A stretch of 64,000 nt of DNA from Nitrospira japonica (GTDB lineage: Bacteria; Nitrospirota; Thermodesulfovibrionia; Thermodesulfovibrionales; SM23-35), in contig DYFC01000034.1 in the NCBI GenBank assembly GCA_020725385.1, positions 8,339 through 72,338 on the forward strand. The letters run 5' to 3'. Positions 26,470 to 35,420 of this stretch are shown here, piece after piece. Positions within the stretch are counted from its first letter, which is position 1, and each line of letters opens with the position of its first letter. Made by a program: the position numbers and the translations under genes. The notes below the pieces were generated by a model, which searched no databases, was not told the origin of the DNA, and saw only the letters and a list, made by a program, of their open reading frames with translations.

Positions 26470-27558
26470 TTATTTTGTTTTGATATTAAATCTTACATCA
26501 ACAGGCATACCTTTTTTCAAAGTCGAAATCCCTTTGTCAGTCTCATCAATTTTTGAAGATTTGACGCAAACTTTAACAGCAAATACCTGCTTAACTCTTT
26601 CTTCGTATGACTGTACTTCTTTTGGTGTGAATTCAGCCTTATCAGAAATATAACAAACATAGCCTTTGATTGGTTTATCCGGATATGCATCGGTAAATAT
26701 TTCTGCTTCAATATTATTATTAAGATTGCCAATGTATTTTTCAGGCACAAAAGTTCTTATATGTATGCTTTCAGGATTAATCATTGTTCCGATTACGCTT
26801 CCACTTGAAATAACCTCCCCGGACTCTGCAATTTTTCTCAGAATTATTCCATCAACGGGTGCTGTAATTTTTGTATAGCCAAGATTTATATCAGCCTGCT
26901 GTAATAATTCTTTTAATTGCCCGAGAGATTTTTTCATTGAGAGGATTTCCTGTTCCTTTGCGTTTATTAAAATTCTTGAATCTTCCGCTTTTTTCAATGC
27001 AACTTTTGCTTTCTCAACATCGCTCAATGCAACTTTATTCTCTTCGGATGAAAGATCAAATGCAAGTTTTACAGAATCAAATCTCTCTTTTGATATTACA
27101 TCTTTCTCAAGAAGCGCTGAATATCTCATAAGTTCTTTCCTTGCATTCTCAAGTTTTGTATTTGATTGTTTTAGTCTTGCTTCTGATGCTTCGAGCACTC
27201 TTTTTGCTTCTTCAATAGAATGTGATATGTTGTTTCTTGTGAATTCAAGATTTAATTCTGCTGCTTTGATGCTTTCTGTTATTTCAGCGATTTTGTTTAA
27301 TATTTCCCTTCGTTTCGATTGAATTTCATCATCTTCAAGGAAGGCTATTAAATCACCTTTTTTTACATTAGAGCCGTCATTTATTAGAACTTTTGCAAGT
27401 CTTCCGGAAATTCTTGAAGATAATTCTATTTCATCGGCTTCAACCCTTCCACTTACTTTAAGAAGATTTTCTTTTGGTTTCAGATAGGGCAGCAAGATAA
27501 ATATTAACAATATAATAGCGGTTATAATTAAACCTGAAATCAAAATTTTCTTTCTCAT
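26470..27558 (-). CDS. HlyD-family membrane fusion protein (YbhG-like)
   Basis: N-terminal TM segment, long coiled coil, lipoyl-like and beta-barrel segments (ITAPVDGIILRK). First gene of the ABC exporter operon. Confidence 0.85.
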   Translation of the reverse strand: MRKKILISGLIITAIILLIFILLPYLKPKENLLKVSGRVEADEIELSSRISGRLAKVLINDGSNVKKGDLIAFLEDDEIQSKRREILNKIAEITESIKAAELNLEFTRNNISHSIEEAKRVLEASEARLKQSNTKLENARKELMRYSALLEKDVISKERFDSVKLAFDLSSEENKVALSDVEKAKVALKKAEDSRILINAKEQEILSMKKSLGQLKELLQQADINLGYTKITAPVDGIILRKIAESGEVISSGSVIGTMINPESIHIRTFVPEKYIGNLNNNIEAEIFTDAYPDKPIKGYVCYISDKAEFTPKEVQSYEERVKQVFAVKVCVKSSKIDETDKGISTLKKGMPVDVRFNIKTK

Positions 27559-27561
27559 ATT

Positions 27562-29334
27562 TTACCAGCTACCTCCACCGCCTCCGCCAAAACCTCCACC
27601 GGATGAGCCGCCACCAAACCCTCTGCCGGAACTAACCCCGCTTCCTCTTGGTGCGGAAAACATTGCCGAAGCCATGCTTGAAGTTGCCGAACTTATTGAG
27701 CGCGAAAAACTATGGGGGTGGAATGTTCCGATGCCTGTGTGAGAAACATACCAGTTAGGCATCTCCTGAAATATTCCCTCAAAAGCTTTTGCCCAGTTAT
27801 CAACAACATCAAGTGCAATAGCATAAGGCAGAAATTTTGAAAAAAGATCCTTATCACCCATTCTTAAAAGTCTATCTTTCTCCGCACGGTTTAAAAATTC
27901 CCTGAAACCAAGAATTTCCATATAAGCCTTAGTACCTATTTTTGTTTTCACAGGCATTGCTTTGGCAAATAAGATAACAGGGATACCTGTCAACAATCCA
28001 GCTATCAGACCTGCCGGAGAATTTGATGCAACAGGGAGAATAAAACTACAAATAATTAAAATTATTATGCCTATAATAATATAGGTTTGTCTAACCTTTT
28101 CGGGGCTTACAAGAAAATATTTCTTTGAGACAAGTTCTTCATATAAAGTCTTTTTTAGAAGATTAAGATTTTTATAAAATTCATTCTTCATTTCAGAAAC
28201 CATTCTTCCGGATACAGGCAAATCCGTAGTGAATATTTTATTCAAAAGCATCTTTTCAAATATACTTAAATTATCATCTGGCTCTTTTATTCTTTTTAAA
28301 TAATAATCTGTTGAATCAAACAAAATACCTTCTTTTTTTATTTCTTCAATCTGAATATATCCTTTTACTGCAAGACCCACAATTGTTGAAGTTATGTCTC
28401 TTGGATCAAGTTTTTCATCAATCAATGTGCCTGCTTCTCCAGGTGTTATATAATTGTTATTAAACTTTGGTGGCTCATACATAACTGTAATTGATTCTCT
28501 CACTTCAGGATCTCTACCTTTTTTTCTCCATAGGTTAAACATGATAATTAATGATATTAAAGGAACTATAAATACCCAGTTCTGCCTTAGATTCAAAAAC
28601 CAGATTAATCTTTTTAATCTTGATGGCTGAACGACAAGCCCTTTATCCCAGCCAAAAGCTACTGTGAATCCTTCACGTACTCCGAGATTTCTGACTGTTA
28701 GAAAATTTCCACTGTTGTTTGATGTCTCGAAACGACAGGCAGTTTCTTTTGATCCTGTAGCGCCAGTATAGCAAGCTGCCCACAAGTTATGGCTCTGTTT
28801 TGTTGTAGAAAGATTAATATTGGCTGAAGCTTCTTTTATTGGAGCCCACCAATAATTGCCTGTGACATTCCAATAAAGCTCATCATGATCTTCAAAAAAT
28901 AAGATAGCGTTTTCAACATTGTAAGAAATTATATACGTTTGCAAACCATCAATATATTTTTGGGGATCGCCTATACGGATATTTATTACATTTCCTTTTC
29001 TACTAACATTGTATTTCCATTTGTTTCCGTTTCTATCGGTAACGGATAATATATCCACCGGTGTAATTATTGTTCCTCCTCTATCATCCGAATATCTGTA
29101 AGGTATTTCTCTATATATACCATGTTTTTGTCTATGAAATTCTACAGTAATATTTTCGGTAACAGTAATTGAGGAATCCTCTTTAATTAAAATATCAGAA
29201 TGAAATTTATTTATTGTAAAATCCTGGGCAAGTGCAGGGGTAATAATATTAATTGATAAAAAAATTATCAATAAGGCAAAAATTTTTAATAAAAAATAAA
29301 ATTCATGAAAATAATTATTGTATTTGCTTTTCAT
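27562..29334 (-). CDS. DUF2207 domain membrane protein with Gly-rich C-terminus
   Basis: N-terminal signal/TM segment, extracytoplasmic domain, several TM segments, terminal GRGFGGGSSGGGFGGGGGGSW tail. Classic partner of LemA. Confidence 0.8.
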   Translation of the reverse strand: MKSKYNNYFHEFYFLLKIFALLIIFLSINIITPALAQDFTINKFHSDILIKEDSSITVTENITVEFHRQKHGIYREIPYRYSDDRGGTIITPVDILSVTDRNGNKWKYNVSRKGNVINIRIGDPQKYIDGLQTYIISYNVENAILFFEDHDELYWNVTGNYWWAPIKEASANINLSTTKQSHNLWAACYTGATGSKETACRFETSNNSGNFLTVRNLGVREGFTVAFGWDKGLVVQPSRLKRLIWFLNLRQNWVFIVPLISLIIMFNLWRKKGRDPEVRESITVMYEPPKFNNNYITPGEAGTLIDEKLDPRDITSTIVGLAVKGYIQIEEIKKEGILFDSTDYYLKRIKEPDDNLSIFEKMLLNKIFTTDLPVSGRMVSEMKNEFYKNLNLLKKTLYEELVSKKYFLVSPEKVRQTYIIIGIIILIICSFILPVASNSPAGLIAGLLTGIPVILFAKAMPVKTKIGTKAYMEILGFREFLNRAEKDRLLRMGDKDLFSKFLPYAIALDVVDNWAKAFEGIFQEMPNWYVSHTGIGTFHPHSFSRSISSATSSMASAMFSAPRGSGVSSGRGFGGGSSGGGFGGGGGGSW

Positions 29335-29350
29335 TATTTTGACTGTAGCA

Positions 29351-29911
29351 TTATGAAAAGCTAACCTTTACAGGCTTTCTTTCGACCTCAGGAGACTCAA
29401 GTTCAAAGAATTCTTCCTGCTTGAAATTAAATGTGCCAGCAATTATATTCGAAGGAAATGACTCTATAGTTATATTGAAATCCCTTACAACAGCATTATA
29501 ATATCTTCTTGCATATTCAATATTGTCTTCAAGTTCTTTGAGCTGGGACTGCAATTGTAAAAAATTTGTATTAGCTTTCAAATCAGGATAGGCCTCAGCG
29601 AGAGCAAAAAGACTTTTTAAAGTAGATGTAAGCATATTTTCAGCTTTTGCCTTATCTGCTGGAGATGAAGCATTCATTGCCATGTTTCTTGCTTTTGTTA
29701 CATTCTCAAAAGTTGTTTTTTCATGAGAAGCATATCCTTTAACTGTTTCTACAAGGTTCGGAACAAGATCATATCTCTTTTTTAATTGAACATCTATATC
29801 AGACCATGAAGATTTAACAGTATTACGGAGTTTTATCAATTTGTTATATATTGCTACACCATAAAACAAAACAAGTAAAACTACACCAGAAATAATAAGT
29901 AAAGCAATCAT
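29351..29911 (-). CDS. lemA: LemA family protein
   Basis: [43 protein letters not shown] LemA signature. ATG at 29911 is preceded by a GGGGGA RBS. The track start at 29941 (TTG) is less likely. Confidence 0.85.
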   Translation of the reverse strand: MIALLIISGVVLLVLFYGVAIYNKLIKLRNTVKSSWSDIDVQLKKRYDLVPNLVETVKGYASHEKTTFENVTKARNMAMNASSPADKAKAENMLTSTLKSLFALAEAYPDLKANTNFLQLQSQLKELEDNIEYARRYYNAVVRDFNITIESFPSNIIAGTFNFKQEEFFELESPEVERKPVKVSFS

Positions 29912-29924
29912 CTTTCCCCCTAAG

Positions 29925-30056
29925 TTATTGTATATAAGCAAATCTATAAATTAATTGGTCATTATGACCGAGCCCGGTTATAGCTATATCAATATGGATT
30001 ATAAACCTTCTAGGAATATTCTCGAGCTCGTTAACTTTTTCTTCTATTTCAGGCAT
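29925..30056 (-). CDS. possible small ORF (43 aa) upstream of lemA
   Basis: GAGGAG RBS 8 nt before the ATG. Translation: [43 protein letters not shown]. The stop overlaps the lemA RBS. It is below the ORF-track length cutoff and has no recognisable family. Confidence 0.3.
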   Translation of the reverse strand: MPEIEEKVNELENIPRRFIIHIDIAITGLGHNDQLIYRFAYIQ

Positions 30057-30263
30057 ATTGATAACTCCTCATTAATTTCATATTCTACCATAAAAAAACA
30101 ACTTATCTTACAAATAAGCTGTTTGAACAAAAATACAAATAAACATGTAATAGGGTATAGGAAGAGCAGAGACCAAAGAACTGTAAAGCGTAAGGCATGA
30201 ACACGCAAACAGCTAAAGAGTTAACGTGGGCAAGTAATACTTGAATCTGGATACTTGATTTTT

Positions 30264-32444
30264 TTAGTGCGTCTTACGATTTCCTTTGACTTCGAATTTA
30301 ACCGAGTCAAGAATGTTTTCATGTTTATCAATTAATTGAACTGTGTGTTTTCCTGAAACAGGTTTTATTATCAGCGGCATTTTTGTATTCATATTTGTGT
30401 TATGTCCATCAAATACCCATGATATTTCATCGCTTAATGGATTTGCTTCAATAATGATTTTCTGTATTTCATCTGGAATGTCAGGATCAAGAGTTATTAT
30501 AGTGCCATCAGGAGGATAAACAATTTGCGGGATAAAGTGTTTTTCATTTAAAGAAATTATGTGTCTTGAACTTTCTTTAAATGACGGTTCTGTGCCTTTA
30601 ATAAACCATTCCTCTATTTCTAAAAGATTGGTTGAATCGATGAATACAGGCTTCTTTACTATGCCATCAGGAGGTTTAATTTCTTCATCAATATTATCCT
30701 TATAGAGATAATTCATTATAGAAAGCCAAATAGGAGCAGCTCCTGTTATTCCTGTTACATTCCACATTGCCTCACCTGAAAAATTACCAACCCATACGCC
30801 TACTGTATATTTATTTGTATAACCAATGCACCAGTTGTCTCTCATATCTTTGCTTGTGCCTGTTTTTACCGAACTCCGGAATTTTGTATTCAAAGGGTTT
30901 TCTAAACTAAATGTATAAACTCTTGCCTCTCTGTCAGAAAGTATATCAGATATTATAAAAGCAGCCTCTGGTGAGAATACCCGAAATTTAGTATGTAAAA
31001 CATCTTTATTTTGCAACCTTAAATTACTATATATGCCTCCATTTGCGAGCATTCGGTAAGCATTAACAAGTTCATATAATGTAACATCAGCCGAGCCAAG
31101 AGCTAAAGAATGGCCGTAATAATCTGCATTTCTCAGATTTTTAAACCCCGATTCTTTAAGTTTCAGGACAAAATTTTCTATTCCAATCAGCGATAATGTT
31201 CTTACAGCAGGAACGTTTAATGATGAGGCAAGAGCAGTTCTTAAAGTAACCAGACCTTTAAAATCATTTTCATAATTTTGTGGTTTATATATCCCATATT
31301 CTGTTGAAATATCAACAGGACTATCCGGGATAATTGATGCGGCAGTCAGCAAATGTTTATCTATGCTTAGTGCGTATAGAAACGGTTTCAGGGTTGAACC
31401 TGCCTGTCTTTTTGCTCTTACACCGTCAACATATGGAGCAACCGAGCCTTTCCCGATGCTTCCAACATAAGCCAGTATATCGCCAGATTTATTTTCAACA
31501 ACAATAGCTGCTCCATCATTCACATTCCTTGATTTAAGAGAAGAAATATGTTCTTCTAAAGTTTCGGAAACAAAACGCTGAATATCATAATCCAGAGTGG
31601 TAGAAATGGACTCTGTTCCAAAATAGGTAGGATTAATATTATTGTCATTCCTGTTTAAGAGAATATGTGCTACATGCGGAGCAAGATTTTCTTTTTGTCT
31701 TACATAATATTTTCTATTGAATGTTTCTTTTATCTTTTCTTCAATTTTTTCTGGTTCAACGACAGGCGTAAGGGATTGATTTAATAAATTAGCTCTATTA
31801 ATAATTTTATCTATTTCCGCATTTGGTGAACGAATAAGTACAGCAAGAATAATTGATTCAACGCTATTCAAACCCGATGGTTCTTTATTAAAAAGACATC
31901 TTGATGCAGCGGCAATTCCCTGCAACTCTCCTCTATATGTAACAAGATTTAGATAGGCTTCAAGTATTTCATCTTTTGACCAGATTTTCTCAATTTCAAG
32001 TGCTTCTTTCATCTGTCTCCATTTCTGTAAAACTGATCTGCCATTCTGCGCCGGTTTTAATTCTTCATTAAGAAGAGAAACAAGTTGCATTGTAATAGTG
32101 CTTGCCCCTCTTTTTGTTTTACCAGTAATATTTTTGATTAAGGTAGAAATAACAGAAAGCCAGTCAACACCGTAATGGCTGTAGAACCTTTTGTCTTCTG
32201 AATAAATAACAGCTTCTATCAGAGCTGGAGAGATGTCTTTTAAAGAAATCCATTCAAGTTTTCTTATATCGGGATTAAACCGCAATTCATGAATGATTTT
32301 CCCATTTCTGTCAAAAAGAAGTGCATCGGATGTAACATAAGAGTTTTTTACCTCCTGAAAAGAAGGCAAGGCATAAACATCAGAAACTACTAAAAGTATA
32401 AATAAGATAAGAAATTTATTTAAAATGAAAAATTTTTTTTTCAT
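30264..32444 (-). CDS. pbpC: bifunctional penicillin-binding protein 1C (glycosyltransferase 51 + transpeptidase + C-terminal domain)
   Basis: GT51 motifs (EDKRFYSHYGVDW, GASTITMQL). Transpeptidase motifs SxxK (STLK), SxN (SLN), KTG (KTGTS). Length and C-terminal extension are typical of PBP1C. Confidence 0.85.
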   Translation of the reverse strand: MKKKFFILNKFLILFILLVVSDVYALPSFQEVKNSYVTSDALLFDRNGKIIHELRFNPDIRKLEWISLKDISPALIEAVIYSEDKRFYSHYGVDWLSVISTLIKNITGKTKRGASTITMQLVSLLNEELKPAQNGRSVLQKWRQMKEALEIEKIWSKDEILEAYLNLVTYRGELQGIAAASRCLFNKEPSGLNSVESIILAVLIRSPNAEIDKIINRANLLNQSLTPVVEPEKIEEKIKETFNRKYYVRQKENLAPHVAHILLNRNDNNINPTYFGTESISTTLDYDIQRFVSETLEEHISSLKSRNVNDGAAIVVENKSGDILAYVGSIGKGSVAPYVDGVRAKRQAGSTLKPFLYALSIDKHLLTAASIIPDSPVDISTEYGIYKPQNYENDFKGLVTLRTALASSLNVPAVRTLSLIGIENFVLKLKESGFKNLRNADYYGHSLALGSADVTLYELVNAYRMLANGGIYSNLRLQNKDVLHTKFRVFSPEAAFIISDILSDREARVYTFSLENPLNTKFRSSVKTGTSKDMRDNWCIGYTNKYTVGVWVGNFSGEAMWNVTGITGAAPIWLSIMNYLYKDNIDEEIKPPDGIVKKPVFIDSTNLLEIEEWFIKGTEPSFKESSRHIISLNEKHFIPQIVYPPDGTIITLDPDIPDEIQKIIIEANPLSDEISWVFDGHNTNMNTKMPLIIKPVSGKHTVQLIDKHENILDSVKFEVKGNRKTH

Positions 32445-32465
32445 TTCACGACTATAAAAATAATT

Positions 32466-33893
32466 TTAAGTTATTAATTTTCTCGTGTCCCAGAATTTCC
32501 ATTTTAGGTAGTCATTAATGCCTTTAGCTGCTTTTCTGCCTGCACCCATCGCAAGAATTACTGTTGCAGCGCCTGTAACAATATCACCTCCTGCAAATAT
32601 GCCGGGTTTTGAAGTCATTCCTGTTTCATGGTCAGCGATTATATAATTTTTCTTGTTAAGAGCAAGATCTGGTATTGTGCTGGTTAGCAATGTATTCGAC
32701 CTTGTTCCTATAGCAGGTATTGCAACATCTATATCAAGCTTAAACTCGCTTCCTTTTATTGGTACAGGTTTCCTCCTTCCAGAAGCATCAGGCTCGCCAA
32801 GTTCCATTTTTATACATTCAACAGCACAAACATTTCCTTTGCCATCATCAATGAATTTTAATGGAGCAGTGAGAAACATGAATTCAATTCCTTCTTCTTT
32901 TGCGTGATGTATTTCTGCTTTCCTTGCAGGCATTTCTTCTTCAGAGCGACGGTAAATGAGATATACTTTTTCCGAGCCAAGCCTTAAAGCAACTCTTGCA
33001 GCATCCATTGCAACATTGCCGCCTCCAAATACAGCTACATTTTTTCCTTTTTTAATAGGTGTATCATATTCGGGAAAAAGATAAGCTTTCATAAGATTTG
33101 CTCTTGTAAGAAATTCATTCGCAGAATAAATTCCATTTAAGTTTTCACCCGGAATTCCAAGAAAAACAGGCAGTCCCGCGCCTGCCCCAATATAACATGC
33201 ATCATAACCCTGTTTATTCATGAGGTCATCTATAGTAAAAAGTTTCCCTATTACCGAATTAAGTCTTATCTCAACTCCGAGCTTTTTTATATATTCAACT
33301 TCTTTTTCAACTATAACCTTTGGCAATCTGAATTCCGGTATCCCGTAAATAAGGACTCCCCCGGGTTTGTGGAGTGCTTCAAACAATGTAACCCGATGTC
33401 CTTCTTTTATAAGATCTGCTGCGCATGAAAGTCCTCCGGGTCCGGAGCCGATTACAGCAACTTTTCTTCCTGTTGATTTAGGTTTTTCCGGTATTTGTAT
33501 TTCACCGCTTTCACGTTCAAAATCAGCGACAAATCTTTCAAGATTACCAATTGCAACTGGCTCTCCTTTTTTTCCAAGAATACATCTTGATTCGCACTGT
33601 ATTTCTTGAGGACAAACTCTTCCACATACAGCAGGCATTGCATTTTCTTCTTTTATTTTCCATGCTGCTTCTATAAATTTTCCTTGTTTAATTAATTTAA
33701 TAAATGCAGGTATATCAATCGATACAGGGCATCCTTCCCTGCATGTAGGTTTTGCACAATTTAAACAACGGGAAGCTTCTTCAACAGCTTCTTTAGGAGA
33801 ATAACCAAAAGGCACTTCATCAAAATTTCTTGCTCTTATTATAGGGTCCTGTTCTCTCATCCTGATTCTGCTTTTTTGTTTCTTTTCTTCCAT
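32466..33893 (-). CDS. nfnB: NADH-dependent reduced ferredoxin:NADP+ oxidoreductase large subunit (GltD/SudA-like)
   Basis: N-terminal Fe-S Cys motifs (CLNCAKPTCREGCP, CGRVCPQEIQCESRC) and two Rossmann GxGxxG motifs (VIGSGPGGL, VFGGGNVAMD). Translationally coupled to the NfnA-like gene. Confidence 0.85.
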   Translation of the reverse strand: MEEKKQKSRIRMREQDPIIRARNFDEVPFGYSPKEAVEEASRCLNCAKPTCREGCPVSIDIPAFIKLIKQGKFIEAAWKIKEENAMPAVCGRVCPQEIQCESRCILGKKGEPVAIGNLERFVADFERESGEIQIPEKPKSTGRKVAVIGSGPGGLSCAADLIKEGHRVTLFEALHKPGGVLIYGIPEFRLPKVIVEKEVEYIKKLGVEIRLNSVIGKLFTIDDLMNKQGYDACYIGAGAGLPVFLGIPGENLNGIYSANEFLTRANLMKAYLFPEYDTPIKKGKNVAVFGGGNVAMDAARVALRLGSEKVYLIYRRSEEEMPARKAEIHHAKEEGIEFMFLTAPLKFIDDGKGNVCAVECIKMELGEPDASGRRKPVPIKGSEFKLDIDVAIPAIGTRSNTLLTSTIPDLALNKKNYIIADHETGMTSKPGIFAGGDIVTGAATVILAMGAGRKAAKGINDYLKWKFWDTRKLIT

Positions 33894-34723
33894 TATTTCA
33901 CCCCTGCTTTATAGTGTTCCATGGCAATTTTTTCTTCATCAATATACATTCTTTGCCTTGACATTAAGAGATTGAAATCAACCTTATGTCCATCGAATTC
34001 AGGTCCATCAACACATGCAAATTTTGTTTCACCGCCGACTTCAACCCTGCATGCTCCACACATTCCTGTTGCATCAACCATTATGGAATTCAGACTGACA
34101 ATAGTTTTAACATTATGTTTTTGAGTAGTAATGCATACAAATTTCATCATTATCGCAGGTCCAATTGCATAAACGAGTTTTACACTTTTATCTTCATGCA
34201 AAATTTCATCAACAGGCACGGTAACAACAGCTTTTCTTCCGTAAGAACCATCATCGGTTACAACTATCAATTCATCCGATACACTTCTCATTTTGTCTTC
34301 CCAGAAAATGAGTTCTTTCATTCTTGCTCCAATTATAGATATTACAGTATTGCCTGCTTCTTTTAATGCACGTGCAATAGGATAAACAGGTGCGATTCCA
34401 ACACCGCCTCCAACACAAATAACTTTGCCAAAATTTTCAATATGCGAAGGAATTCCGAGAGGACCTATAACATCTGTAATATAGTCACCTTCGTTTAATG
34501 TAGAAAGCTCATGGGTAGTTTTACCGATTTTTTGGAAAACAGTTGTAATAGTTCCTTTTTCTCTGTCAAAGTCTGCTATTGTAAGGGGAATTCTTTCTCC
34601 TTTTTCATGAATGCGAAGCACAAAAAAATTGCCTGCCTTTGCTTTTTGTGCTATTTCTTTTGCATCAATTACAAATAGAACTACAGCATCAGACAAGATC
34701 TGTTTTTCGAGGATTTTGAACAT
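33893..34723 (-). CDS. nfnA: NADH-dependent reduced ferredoxin:NADP+ oxidoreductase small subunit (SudB/PyrK-like)
   Basis: MFKILEKQ...GERIPLTIADFD...VGGGVGIAP...GMCGACRV...FACVDGPEFDGHKVDF: FAD/NAD-binding fold plus C-terminal 2Fe-2S Cys cluster. Confidence 0.85.
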   Translation of the reverse strand: MFKILEKQILSDAVVLFVIDAKEIAQKAKAGNFFVLRIHEKGERIPLTIADFDREKGTITTVFQKIGKTTHELSTLNEGDYITDVIGPLGIPSHIENFGKVICVGGGVGIAPVYPIARALKEAGNTVISIIGARMKELIFWEDKMRSVSDELIVVTDDGSYGRKAVVTVPVDEILHEDKSVKLVYAIGPAIMMKFVCITTQKHNVKTIVSLNSIMVDATGMCGACRVEVGGETKFACVDGPEFDGHKVDFNLLMSRQRMYIDEEKIAMEHYKAGVK

Positions 34724-34770
34724 TAAAAACTCCTTTCTAATACGGCGGTGCCGGGATGAACTTAAGATCT

Positions 34771-34819
34771 AAAACTCAAAATTCAAGATTCAAAACTCAA
34801 AACTCAAAATTCAAGAATG
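34771..34819. repeat. heptanucleotide tandem repeat, 7 units of AA(A/G)A(C/T/A)T(C/G), upstream of nfnA
   Basis: aaaactc aaaattc aagattc aaaactc aaaactc aaaattc aagaatg. Lies about 50-95 nt upstream of the nfnA start, in the nfnA/nuoA divergent region. Confidence 0.8.
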
Positions 34820-34983
34820 GGTTTCTATAGCTAATGCTTTCATAGTATAAACTCTCAATAAATTTTTTGGAATAATTTTTTATACAAATTAAAAATAACC
34901 TCTATTTATGATGATTTTATAATTGAAAATAATAAGCTTATCAAGCTATTAAAAAAATTATTTTACATTAATCAATTTTTTAC

Positions 34984-35013
34984 TTGACAAGACCGAGCAC
35001 TTTCAAGTATAAC
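34984..35013 (+). promoter_or_regulatory. sigma-70-type promoter of the nuo operon
   Basis: TTGACA, 17-18 nt, (G)TATAAC. The ATG of nuoA follows only about 10 nt after the -10 element, with no Shine-Dalgarno sequence. Confidence 0.55.
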
Positions 35014-35023
35014 ATACTCGCTT

Positions 35024-35395
35024 ATGCCTGGAACGTATTTGCCAACAGAATATTTACCGGTTTTGATTTTTATACTCGTTGCAGAGGCGTTTGGTTTTGG
35101 CGCACTGTTAATAGGAGTAGTATTCAGACCTAAAAAGCCTTACCTTGAAAAATTACTGCCTTATGAATCAGGTATTGATCCCAAAGGAGAACCTCGCACA
35201 AGATTTGCAATTCGTTTTTATATAATAGCAATGCTTTTTGTGGTTTTTGATGTTGAAGCAATTTTTATTTATCCATGGGCAATTGTATTTGATAAGATCG
35301 GCATATTTGCATTTATTGAAATGGTTATCTTTATTCTGATACTTTTAGTCGGATACATCTATGCCTGGAAAAAAGAAGCTTTTGTCTGGGATTAA
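35024..35395 (+). CDS. nuoA: NADH-quinone oxidoreductase subunit A
   Basis: Three TM segments. YESGIDP and FDVE(A)IFIYPWA motifs. Confidence 0.9.
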   Translation: MPGTYLPTEYLPVLIFILVAEAFGFGALLIGVVFRPKKPYLEKLLPYESGIDPKGEPRTRFAIRFYIIAMLFVVFDVEAIFIYPWAIVFDKIGIFAFIEMVIFILILLVGYIYAWKKEAFVWD

Positions 35396-35420
35396 AATAC
35401 CTAACAGGGGGTTATTGTAG

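Noticed and set aside
29955-30200. Plus-strand 81-aa ORF between lemA and pbpC.
   Set aside because: It has no RBS and low-complexity, AT-driven codons. It overlaps a better-supported minus-strand promoter, RBS and small ORF, so it is likely spurious.
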